This document shows positions 10,095-18,354 of a DNA stretch of 64,000 nt, in pieces. The stretch covers positions 12,793 through 76,792 of the forward strand of contig CAMSQA010000004.1 in NCBI GenBank assembly GCA_947062475.1, in the 5' to 3' direction. The translations under genes and the position numbers were made by a program. The notes under the pieces were generated by a model that was not told the origin of the DNA, searched no databases, and saw only the letters and a list, made by a program, of their open reading frames with translations. This DNA comes from an uncultured Clostridia bacterium (lineage in GTDB: Bacteria > Bacillota > Clostridia > Christensenellales > UBA1242). The number at the start of each line of letters is the position of its first letter. Position 1 is the stretch's first letter.

Positions 10095-11501
10095 ATGAAA
10101 AAGTCTACAAAAATTCTTTTAGTAATATTTATATTGTCACTTATTCCAACTTTATTCTTGGGTAAATTTGTTATTGCTGGAATTATTGCAACAGACAAAG
10201 GGTTTAAATTTAACTTTGATACAAAGGCGATTATAGGCATAGTATTGTCAGTTGTGACAACGGTTTTGGGCACTATTTTATTTATAAAATTTATTATGTC
10301 TCAACCAGTTGATAAGGCAATTTTCTTTTCTTCTCTTCCGCTTGTGATATTGTATGGCATGTCATTGTTTATGCTTGCTGAAATTACAACCTTTGATAAT
10401 CCTTTGGCAAACTCACTCAAAACTATTTTAAATGTATCTCCTGATAATCTTTACAATACCATTCTTTGGGCAATTCTTATTACTTTGATTTTTATTATGC
10501 TTTTATTTCTCAATTGTTTTGTGCTATGTAAGCCTATCGCAAAAGTTGAAAGAATAGTATCTCGTCTTGGAGATGGAAAGGTTAGAGATGAAAAATTGCA
10601 TATTGGTGGTGGAAAACAATTCAATTCAATAGAACACAGTTTGAATAAGATAAACAACAATTATCGCAGTAAAGATAATTCACTCAAAACAATAAATCTT
10701 GAGACTCAAAAATTTATTCCAAAGCAATTTTTTAAATTTTTAGGTAAATCTAGTATTCAAGAACTTGAACTTGGTAATCAAGTCAAAAAAAAGGCGACAA
10801 GTGTGCTTGTAAAGCTTTCAGGACTTTCCAGCAATGGAAGTATGTCACTTGAAGAAAATTTTAATTACGTAAATTCTTTTATCCATGTTATTTCACCTCT
10901 AATAAGAAAATTTGGAGGATTTATAGATAAATATAATGGAGAAGGTATAACAGCAGTCTTTGCCAAAACTGAAGATGCAATAGATTGTTCTCATGCGATA
11001 ATAAGGTCGATCAATATAAAAAATAGGCAAAATAGATCATTGCCAAATGTAGAACAGAGAGTATCAATAATTACTGGAGAGGTTATTTTTGGAATAGTTG
11101 GTGAAGAGGAAAGAAAGATGCCGACAATTGTTTCAAATGTCACTCCAATACTAGAAAAGCTTGACGAACTTAATAAAATGATGTCAGCAAAAGTGATTTT
11201 TACAAAATCATCTTTGGATAGTTTACCCTTAAATTACAAGTTTTTGTATCGCTATATAGGAAAACTTTCCACAACAGAAAATGGTGAAGTTGTTTTATTT
11301 GAAGATTTTGAAGTTTTGCCACGTAATATTTCAAATGAACTCATCAAATCAAAATCCTTTTTTGAAAGAGGGGTGATTTTATATGAAGAATGTGAGTATG
11401 AAAAAGCTTGTGAAAATTTTTCTAATGCCTTAAAAATTTGTCCTAAAGACAAAGGTTGTTATCTTTATTATAATAAAAGCAAAGAAAAATTGTCGAATTA
11501 A
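10095..11501 (+). CDS. Membrane protein with HAMP-like linker, class III nucleotidyl-cyclase homology domain (degenerate) and C-terminal TPR
   Basis: About 5 N-terminal TM helices, then a CHD-like block (SVLVKLSGLSS.., FGGFIDKYNGEGITAVF, ITGEVIFGIVGEE), then a TPR-like tail (YEKACENFSNALKICPKD). Start uncertain (10095 ATG; the ORF is open from 10029). Confidence 0.65.
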   Translation: MKKSTKILLVIFILSLIPTLFLGKFVIAGIIATDKGFKFNFDTKAIIGIVLSVVTTVLGTILFIKFIMSQPVDKAIFFSSLPLVILYGMSLFMLAEITTFDNPLANSLKTILNVSPDNLYNTILWAILITLIFIMLLFLNCFVLCKPIAKVERIVSRLGDGKVRDEKLHIGGGKQFNSIEHSLNKINNNYRSKDNSLKTINLETQKFIPKQFFKFLGKSSIQELELGNQVKKKATSVLVKLSGLSSNGSMSLEENFNYVNSFIHVISPLIRKFGGFIDKYNGEGITAVFAKTEDAIDCSHAIIRSINIKNRQNRSLPNVEQRVSIITGEVIFGIVGEEERKMPTIVSNVTPILEKLDELNKMMSAKVIFTKSSLDSLPLNYKFLYRYIGKLSTTENGEVVLFEDFEVLPRNISNELIKSKSFFERGVILYEECEYEKACENFSNALKICPKDKGCYLYYNKSKEKLSN

Positions 11502-11556
11502 TAAAATTACTTAGTTATCAAAATAAAACATAGTCTTATAAAATTATAATTTTTCA

Positions 11557-11591
11557 TATCACTTGACATTATCTAGGTCAAGTGATAATAT
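11557..11591 (+). promoter_or_regulatory. Promoter embedded in an 11-bp perfect inverted repeat upstream of the TM2 gene
   Basis: tatcacttgac (11557-11567), 9-nt spacer, gtcaagtgata (11577-11587). TTGACA (11563-11568), 17-nt spacer, TAATAT (11586-11591) preceded by TGa. Confidence 0.45.
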
Positions 11592-11597
11592 TTTTAT

Positions 11598-12098
11598 ATG
11601 AAATTTAAACGAGAAAAAAGCACTTTTGATTGTCCTAGATGTGGGATTAAATGTTTGAAAGGGGTGGAAACTTGCCCTGAATGCAAACTTGTTTTTTCTC
11701 GTCTAGAAATTGCAACAAATAAAGACGCAAAGAAAAAATTATTAAGACATGATAAAGATTTTATAATCTATACAAATAAATTACCTAAAGATGTCAGTTT
11801 TATTAAACTCCTTTTATTGACTATCTTTACAGGTCTTTTTGGTGGGCATTGTTTTTATGTAGGCAGATATTGGCGGGGAAGTTTATTGCTTTTAAATTCT
11901 ATTATACTTATTTGTTGCACATTATTTAATGAATTTCTATTTAAAATTGATGAAGGTAGATTTATTGCAATGATTGCCACAATTTGTGGCCTTATAATGC
12001 TTGTATGGGCCTATGATTTGGTGATTGTCGCGTTGAAAAAATTTAAAGTGCCTGTTGCAATTGATTTGGAAACTGGCGAAAGATCTGAGGTTGAATAA
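11598..12098 (+). CDS. Zinc-ribbon plus TM2 domain membrane protein
   Basis: CPRCG..CPECK zinc ribbon; TM2 signature [16 protein letters not shown]; two or three TM helices. Confidence 0.75.
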   Translation: MKFKREKSTFDCPRCGIKCLKGVETCPECKLVFSRLEIATNKDAKKKLLRHDKDFIIYTNKLPKDVSFIKLLLLTIFTGLFGGHCFYVGRYWRGSLLLLNSIILICCTLFNEFLFKIDEGRFIAMIATICGLIMLVWAYDLVIVALKKFKVPVAIDLETGERSEVE

Positions 12099-13189
12099 TG
12101 AGAATAGTTGTGGGAATAAGTGGCGGTGTTGATTCATCTGTTGCTGCCTATCTTTTAAAAAAACAAGGTCATGAAGTCATTGGGCTGTTTATGGTCAATT
12201 GGGAAGAAAAAGATGGCACTTGCACCGCTGAAGCAGATTTTGAAGATGTAAAAAGGGTTTGTAATAAAATAGGAATACCTTATTTTTCTGTCAATTATTC
12301 AAAAGAATATTATGACAGAGTTTTTGAATATTTTTTGGATGAACTTAAAAAGGGCAGAACGCCAAATCCTGATGTCCTATGTAACAGAGAAGTCAAGTTT
12401 GGACCTTTTCTTGAACAGGCTAAAAAACTGGGAGCTGACTATATTGCAACAGGACATTATGCTAAACGAATTGAGAAAGATGGAAAATTTTATCTTGCCA
12501 AAGCTGATGATTTGAATAAGGATCAGTCTTATTTTTTAAATCAACTTAATCAAGAGCAGCTATCGTCAGTAATTTTTCCACTAGAAAATATTGATAAACC
12601 AACTGTGCGAAAGATTGCGAAAGAACTTGAACTTTCAAATGCAGAAAAGAAAGACAGCACAGGCATTTGCTTTATTGGAGAGCGAAATTTTAAAAACTTT
12701 TTAAAAGAATACCTCCCTGCAAAAAAAGGTAAAATTCTTGATCTAGATGGCAATATTGTTGGTCAACATGATGGTCTTATGTATTACACACTTGGACAAA
12801 GACGTGGTCTTGGAATAGGTGGAAGAGCAGATGGAAATGGTGGAAGATGGTTTGTCGTGAAAAAAGATTTAGATCAAAATGTTTTATATGTTTCTCAAGG
12901 TGAAGATGATCTTCTTTTTAGTGATGGTCTTTATGCTTCTTGCTTAAACTGGATTCCTTGTAAACCTGAAAAAAAAGAATTTGATTGCCAAGCAAAATTT
13001 CGATATCGTCAGCCTGATCAAGCAGTTCATGTCACGGTATTAAATGACAGCGAAATAAAAGTTGATTTTAAAGATCGTCAACGTGCGATTACGCCAGGAC
13101 AATATGTTGTTCTTTATGATAATAATGGTATATGTTTGGGTGGTGGAACAATCGATAAAAGCTTTAATAACTTAAAAAAGGATTTATAA
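12098..13189 (+). CDS. mnmA: tRNA-specific 2-thiouridylase MnmA
   Basis: PP-loop [38 protein letters not shown] and DQSYFL. The start overlaps the upstream stop (TAATG). Confidence 0.95.
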   Translation: MRIVVGISGGVDSSVAAYLLKKQGHEVIGLFMVNWEEKDGTCTAEADFEDVKRVCNKIGIPYFSVNYSKEYYDRVFEYFLDELKKGRTPNPDVLCNREVKFGPFLEQAKKLGADYIATGHYAKRIEKDGKFYLAKADDLNKDQSYFLNQLNQEQLSSVIFPLENIDKPTVRKIAKELELSNAEKKDSTGICFIGERNFKNFLKEYLPAKKGKILDLDGNIVGQHDGLMYYTLGQRRGLGIGGRADGNGGRWFVVKKDLDQNVLYVSQGEDDLLFSDGLYASCLNWIPCKPEKKEFDCQAKFRYRQPDQAVHVTVLNDSEIKVDFKDRQRAITPGQYVVLYDNNGICLGGGTIDKSFNNLKKDL

Positions 13190-13208
13190 ATAAAAATCCT
13201 TTTTTTTA
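13175..13208 (+). terminator. Rho-independent terminator after mnmA
   Basis: aaaggattt / aaatccttt stem overlapping the stop codon, followed by T8. Confidence 0.65.
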
Positions 13209-13296
13209 TAAATAAAATCAAACTCAGGTTTCTTATCTAAAAAATCAATGTATAAAAAGAGTATAACTTATCAATAATAATTATAAGGAGGTCAGT

Positions 13297-13521
13297 ATGA
13301 TTATTGCAAATTATATCGCATTGATTATTCTCTTGATAGGTGGAATAAACTGGGGGCTTATGGGATTATTCATGTTTAACCTTGTGTCATTTGTTTGTTT
13401 CGGAAACAACATTATTGCAAGAATAATTTATGTGCTTGTATTGCTTTCAGCAATTTGGCTTATCATATCAGCTGCTCTAAATGGCGGAATTTTACTTGCA
13501 AATAATTTTGTAAGAACTTAA
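13297..13521 (+). CDS. DUF378 family small membrane protein
   Basis: GGINWGLMGLF motif, two TM helices, RBS aaggagg. Confidence 0.75.
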   Translation: MIIANYIALIILLIGGINWGLMGLFMFNLVSFVCFGNNIIARIIYVLVLLSAIWLIISAALNGGILLANNFVRT

Positions 13522-13553
13522 AAAAAATGTCCTAGCTTTAGGACTTTTTTTTT
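13522..13553 (+). terminator. Rho-independent terminator after the DUF378 gene
   Basis: gtccta-gctt-taggac hairpin flanked by an A-run and a T9 run. Confidence 0.75.
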
Positions 13554-13681
13554 ATTTTAAATCAATATCATGTGGCTTTTCTTATATACATAATACAACA
13601 TATTGCACTAGTATGCAAAATTATTTTTTATATTATGTATAATAAAATTTGATTTGCACACAATAATAATGGAGGTTGAAA

Positions 13682-13849
13682 ATGAGTAAACAATTCAAAC
13701 CTGGTGAAGAAGCACCAAAAACAGGAAACTATTCTTGTTATGATAAGAATGGTAGATGCGGTGGAAACACAAAGTTGAAAAAGGGACAAAGATTTCCTGC
13801 AACTCAGCATAGTGGAAGTCACTATGAGATGGAAGAGGAAAGAGAATAA
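13682..13849 (+). CDS. Small YjzC-like protein (55 aa), absent from the ORF track
   Basis: My translation: MSKQFKPGEEAPKTGNYSCYDKNGRCGGNTKLKKGQRFPATQHSGSHYEMEEERE. RBS ggagg lies 7 nt upstream and a terminator follows. The FKPGexAPktGnY...KGqrFPat pattern recalls YjzC-family proteins. Confidence 0.6.
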   Translation: MSKQFKPGEEAPKTGNYSCYDKNGRCGGNTKLKKGQRFPATQHSGSHYEMEEERE

Positions 13850-13877
13850 CTTTTTCTCTTAAACAACTTAATAAACA

Positions 13878-13912
13878 AAAAAAAGAAACGTAATCATGCG
13901 TTTCTTTTTTTT
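13878..13912 (+). terminator. Rho-independent terminator after the YjzC-like ORF
   Basis: gaaacg-taatcatg-cgtttc hairpin flanked by an A-run and a T-run. Confidence 0.7.
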
Positions 13913-13994
13913 GCTAAAGAAAAAATATTTGAAAATATTAAAAGATTTTCACTTTTGTTAGTTCTAAATAGCTGCAATACTTATAGCATAATGC

Positions 13995-14023
13995 TTGACA
14001 ATAAAATTATGATTTGATAGACT
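13995..14023 (+). promoter_or_regulatory. Sigma-A-type promoter of tRNA-Ser
   Basis: TTGACA (13995-14000), 17-nt spacer, TAGACT (14018-14023) preceded by TGa. The mature tRNA starts 10 nt downstream. Confidence 0.55.
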
Positions 14024-14032
14024 TAAAAATAT

Positions 14033-14121
14033 GCAGAGATGGCCGAGCGGTTTAAGGCGCACGCTTGGAAAGCGTGTGAGGTCACAAGCCTCCGCAGGTT
14101 CGAATCCTGTTCTCTGCGCCA
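14033..14121 (+). tRNA. tRNA-Ser (anticodon GGA), CCA encoded
   Basis: Acceptor stem GCAGAGA/TCTCTGC, D-arm GGCCGAGCGGTTTAAGGC, anticodon stem cacgc/gcgtg with loop TTGGAAA, long variable arm, T-arm GCAGGTTCGAATCCTGT, discriminator G plus CCA. Confidence 0.93.
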
Positions 14122-14142
14122 AAATTAAAAGGGGGATAAATT

Positions 14143-14550
14143 ATGTGTGAATGTATATTTTGTAAGATTATAAAGGGAGAATTGCCTTCATATAAAATTT
14201 ATGAGGATGAGCATACTTTTGCATTCTTAGATATAAGCAATGATGCAAATGGTCATATTTTAGTTATTCCAAAACTGCACTGTGAAAATGTTTTGGATTG
14301 CGATGACGAAATTTTGGCGAGTGTGATAAAGACAATAAAAAAAATTTCCAAGCATTTAGTCGATAACTGTGGTTTTCAAGGTGTAAATATATTAAATGCA
14401 AGTGGGAAGGCGGCTGAACAAAGTGTCTTTCATCTTCATTTTCATATTTTGCCTAGAAAAGAAGATGATGGTATGAAAACATTTCCAAAGCTTAAAGAAA
14501 ATGAAATCACTCTTGAAGAATTATGTGAAAAATTAAAAATAAAGGATTAA
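14143..14550 (+). CDS. HIT family (histidine triad) protein
   Basis: CIFCKII N-terminus and HLHFHILP histidine triad. Confidence 0.9.
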   Translation: MCECIFCKIIKGELPSYKIYEDEHTFAFLDISNDANGHILVIPKLHCENVLDCDDEILASVIKTIKKISKHLVDNCGFQGVNILNASGKAAEQSVFHLHFHILPRKEDDGMKTFPKLKENEITLEELCEKLKIKD

Positions 14551-14552
14551 AA

Positions 14553-14999
14553 ATGAAAAGTATTATATTATATACTGATGGTGCATGTTCTGGAAATCCA
14601 GGTGTCGGAGGTTGGGGAGCAATCCTAATGTATAATTCTAGAGAAAAAGAGTTGTCAGGTGGTGAAGAAATGACAACAAACAATAGAATGGAACTTATGG
14701 CAGTTATAAAAGGCCTTGAAGTATTAAAAGAAAGTTGCAATGTTGAAATCTATAGTGACTCTGCATATGTTGTGAATGCTTTTTTGCAAGATTGGATTAC
14801 AAAGTGGATTAATAATGGCTGGAGAACCACCAAAGGGAGCGTTATGAATAAAGATTTATGGCACAAACTTTTAGAACTTATTGAAAAACATAATGTAAGC
14901 TGGCACAAAGTAAAGGGGCATGCGGATAATGAATATAATAATCGTTGCGATGCACTGGCTAGAGGAGAAATAGAAAAAATAAAGAATGCCAACATTTAG
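14553..14999 (+). CDS. rnhA: Ribonuclease HI
   Basis: YTDGACSGNPGVGGWGAIL, TNNRMELMAVIKGLE, IYSDSAYVVN and KVKGHADNEYNNRCDALA, giving the DEDD catalytic set. Confidence 0.9.
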   Translation: MKSIILYTDGACSGNPGVGGWGAILMYNSREKELSGGEEMTTNNRMELMAVIKGLEVLKESCNVEIYSDSAYVVNAFLQDWITKWINNGWRTTKGSVMNKDLWHKLLELIEKHNVSWHKVKGHADNEYNNRCDALARGEIEKIKNANI

Positions 15000-15124
15000 G
15001 TTGGTTTTTTTTATTTGTTGACTTTGAGATTTCTTTTAAAAATAATAAATTATTTTATTTTATATATTGCAAAAATTGACTTTATATGTTATTATTTTGT
15101 TTATAGTGTTTGTGGAGAAAAATA

Positions 15125-18100
15125 GTGAAGCAAAGAATGAATATTACAAAGATGATTGTTTCAACAAAAATTCAAAATAATTATCATTTAATCAATAAAA
15201 TAGAAGAAGATGAATTTTTTTTAAAAAGAAACAAAATAAAAATTTTAGAAGATGATGATTTAAGTACGACAGACAAAATATGGCTTCCAACATTAAGAGA
15301 AGTCAAAGACACAGAAAAAAATGAGAGACTTAAAGCTGCAACAGATTTTGCTGTAATAAATAATCTTGATCAAATATACAATTCAAATTTTGGTGGTATG
15401 AATTTTTTTAAAGAAATAGAGAATTTAAATCCTGATTTAGGTGTAAATTATTCAACTAATACTTATGTTGAACCTATGATAGGCACGAATACAGTTGATT
15501 ATTGGACAAGGGATTCTGAGGATTGTGATTCAGTTGATATTATTAGTGGAAATGTCTATGAAAAGGCATTTAAAGGATGGGTCATTGAAAATAGTTTTGG
15601 CATAGTTCCAGCACTAGCAATAGACGCTCAAACTCTAATTTCTGAAATTATTAAATCAAATGATGATTTTATTTTTCACAAAAAAGCAAACCAAAGCGAA
15701 AAACATTTTTTAAAAATAGGTGAATATCCGCAAACAAGAGTCAACAATGAATTGAATGAACTTCTTGAAACGTTGTATAATGATGGAAACTTAAAAGAAG
15801 ATTTAGTTTGCACAGGAAGATTGTTTACCACCAATGGTGAGTTTAAAAAAGAAAGAGATTTTCTTTCAAAACAGAATCCAGAGTTTATATATAACGGAAA
15901 AAGATATGTCAGAGCAATTACCCATTATTATAAAAGCTTGGAGGAAGAGGGGCTTAATATTAATAATGCCGCAAATGATGAGGTATGCTGGTTTGAAGTT
16001 GAGCCATTATCATTTGAAATCAAAAATTATGGCAAACTGCCACCTCAAATTAATCCAAATGGAAAAACAGAAAACTCAGATAAAGAGGTTGTATTAGAAG
16101 CAGAAAGGGCTGTCTTGTCAGGATTGCCATTTTATAAAAGTATAACAGCTTTAAATTGTAATTTATGGCAAAATAGCTTGATTAGATGTTTTTTAAACTC
16201 TGCAAAGAGAGATACTCTTGATGGCAATGAAAAATACAATATACAAGAAAGCTGGGATTTTTCAAATAGTGGTTTTCTTTATCAAGCTTTTGACCTATCA
16301 AGAGATGCAACGAAGGAATATATTGTGCCTTTCAATGAAAAAGGTTTGGCAGAAAATGCCTTCGCAGGATGTGTTGGTATTGAAAAGATAATAGTTCATA
16401 GTGAAATAGCAAGTGTAGGCAAAAATGCATTTTCAGGTTGTAAGTTTAATTATGCATACAAACTTAAAGGTGATGAAAATTTAGTATTTTCTCGCGAACT
16501 GCCAAAGGAAGAAACAAGCATAGTTTATGATTTAAAAAATATATCAAAGGCTTTGTCAGGATTTGATTATTCATTTATTGTAAAACTTGCCAATAAAAAT
16601 TTACAATTAATGAACTCTTTTTCAAGTATGTTTAATTCTTTTGATAAATTACAGAAATCTTTTTTGCACCTTGTTGATGTTTTAAATTATCAAAATATTT
16701 CATTGCCTTTTATTTTTGTTGAAAAACTTATGAGTTTTGGTTTACTTGAACATTTTGAGAAAAATTGTGATGTCAGATTTTTGAAAAGCGAAGATGATAT
16801 TGATCTTACAAAACGTAAAAATTATAACAATCTTTCAGCTAAAACAAAATTGAATTATTATAAATTTATGTATGTTTTAGGCTGTTTTTCAAGAGAAAAA
16901 TTGCTTGATAAAAATGGTGTAGAAACACAAATTCTGATCGCACAAAAAGCTACTTCAGTTTTATCTCAAATTCTGAAATCAAAAGCTATAACAATATCAG
17001 AATTTGATTCAATTTTTGATAAATTATCATTTGACACAAAACCCAATCAAGACTTTTTAAAATTTATTTCTATTCAAGGCAAAAATAAAAAATTAGTTAA
17101 TTTTGAACTTTTATTAAAATTAAATAAAGCTTATCCAGGTTTATTTATTGAAGTGATGACAAACTTTGACAAAGCAAAATCATTTCGCAAAACTTTAGAT
17201 GAAAATGGTTTGCCAAAAACACTTCAATGGGATGAAACTTTTAAAAGATTCTTTTTTCAAAAGCGTTTTAATTATGTATCGCAAGGAAATCAAGATATTG
17301 CAGAAATTTTTGCAAACAATGGTTTAGATTATAAACATTTCAATGAAACTGTATTTTTAAGAAATAAAGCAAAGTTGAATAAAGTGAAAGAGCATATATT
17401 AAAAAAGCCACTTAAAGAAAAAGTTATGCTTGAAAATATTGAAAACATAAAAGAACAAACTAGAAATATTATATCTGAATCTAAAGGACTTATTGATGAC
17501 CTTTATGCTAAATATTTTACATATGAAATGCTTTCAAAATTTGACCCTTGCAATTCGATCATTGGTTTGTATACAAGTTGTTGTGCTACAATTAAAAATA
17601 CTCTATATGGTGCTGATATAGCCGCAGCCACAGTGATTGCAAAGGATGTGCAAAACATTGTAGTTCGAAATGGTAAGGGGGATATAATTGCAAAAGGTGC
17701 AATGTATGTCAATATAAGAAAGGGTTATGCAGTAATAAATGATTTTGAGTTAAATCAAAACTATCGTAAAAATGAAATTGAAAGAAGTGGAAAATATTAT
17801 ACTGAAACAGAAAGTCAGAAAAAATCTGAATATGAACGTGAGCAAATTTTTGAAACATTTATGAGAGGAATTAATGCATTTGTTGAAGAATGGGATAAAA
17901 GTCATCCAAAAAATCCAATTAAACAGGTGAATGTTGGAAACGGATATAATCGACTAAAATTGCAATGTGAAAGATTTGAAAAGGCTAAAAGCTCACAGCT
18001 TTTAAAAGTGCCATTAAGTTACTGCTTTGAAGATGCTGAATTTGAGCAATTTATCCTTTATAAACGTAAAGAAAAGGAGTCAAGTTATGAAGATAACCAC

Positions 18101-18130
18101 AAAGCAAATAAAAATTTTGAAATTGACTAA
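15125..18130 (+). CDS. Large multidomain hypothetical protein (about 1000 aa): N-terminal WLP..E../YWTR../VPALAI module, one BspA-type LRR unit, orphan C-terminal half
   Basis: Uninterrupted ORF 15110-18130. GTG 15125 lies 7 nt after GGAG; the alternative is ATG 15137. AENAFAGCVGIEKIIVHSEIASVGKNAFSGC is a BspA/LRR_5-like repeat. No signal peptide or TM helix is seen. Confidence 0.7.
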   Translation: MKQRMNITKMIVSTKIQNNYHLINKIEEDEFFLKRNKIKILEDDDLSTTDKIWLPTLREVKDTEKNERLKAATDFAVINNLDQIYNSNFGGMNFFKEIENLNPDLGVNYSTNTYVEPMIGTNTVDYWTRDSEDCDSVDIISGNVYEKAFKGWVIENSFGIVPALAIDAQTLISEIIKSNDDFIFHKKANQSEKHFLKIGEYPQTRVNNELNELLETLYNDGNLKEDLVCTGRLFTTNGEFKKERDFLSKQNPEFIYNGKRYVRAITHYYKSLEEEGLNINNAANDEVCWFEVEPLSFEIKNYGKLPPQINPNGKTENSDKEVVLEAERAVLSGLPFYKSITALNCNLWQNSLIRCFLNSAKRDTLDGNEKYNIQESWDFSNSGFLYQAFDLSRDATKEYIVPFNEKGLAENAFAGCVGIEKIIVHSEIASVGKNAFSGCKFNYAYKLKGDENLVFSRELPKEETSIVYDLKNISKALSGFDYSFIVKLANKNLQLMNSFSSMFNSFDKLQKSFLHLVDVLNYQNISLPFIFVEKLMSFGLLEHFEKNCDVRFLKSEDDIDLTKRKNYNNLSAKTKLNYYKFMYVLGCFSREKLLDKNGVETQILIAQKATSVLSQILKSKAITISEFDSIFDKLSFDTKPNQDFLKFISIQGKNKKLVNFELLLKLNKAYPGLFIEVMTNFDKAKSFRKTLDENGLPKTLQWDETFKRFFFQKRFNYVSQGNQDIAEIFANNGLDYKHFNETVFLRNKAKLNKVKEHILKKPLKEKVMLENIENIKEQTRNIISESKGLIDDLYAKYFTYEMLSKFDPCNSIIGLYTSCCATIKNTLYGADIAAATVIAKDVQNIVVRNGKGDIIAKGAMYVNIRKGYAVINDFELNQNYRKNEIERSGKYYTETESQKKSEYEREQIFETFMRGINAFVEEWDKSHPKNPIKQVNVGNGYNRLKLQCERFEKAKSSQLLKVPLSYCFEDAEFEQFILYKRKEKESSYEDNHKANKNFEID

Positions 18131-18308
18131 AGAACTGGAAACAATGGTTCAAGAATATCAATCGCTTTGTGATGAAGTGGAGGAATTAAATCGACATAAC
18201 ACTGATGTTGACTATGAAACTTATTCTAATATTGAAAATCGGTTAATTGAAAATCAAGAAAAAATTAAAAATATTGTCAAACTTCTTAAAACTTTAAAAG
18301 ATGAATAG
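18087..18308 (+). CDS. Small acidic coiled-coil protein (73 aa) overlapping the 3' end of the large ORF
   Basis: AAGGAG lies 7 nt before ATG 18087. The ORF overlaps the upstream gene by 44 nt in another frame. Heptad-like sequence MKITTKQIKILKLTKELETMVQEYQSLCDEVEEL... The terminator follows immediately. Confidence 0.5.
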   Translation: MKITTKQIKILKLTKELETMVQEYQSLCDEVEELNRHNTDVDYETYSNIENRLIENQEKIKNIVKLLKTLKDE

Positions 18309-18321
18309 AAACTTAAAAATC

Positions 18322-18354
18322 AAAAAAACCACATTATATTTATGTGGTTTTTTA
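18322..18354. terminator. Bidirectional Rho-independent terminator between convergent genes
   Basis: aaaaaaccacat-tatattt-atgtggtttttt hairpin, with an A-run on one side and a T-run on the other. Confidence 0.8.
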
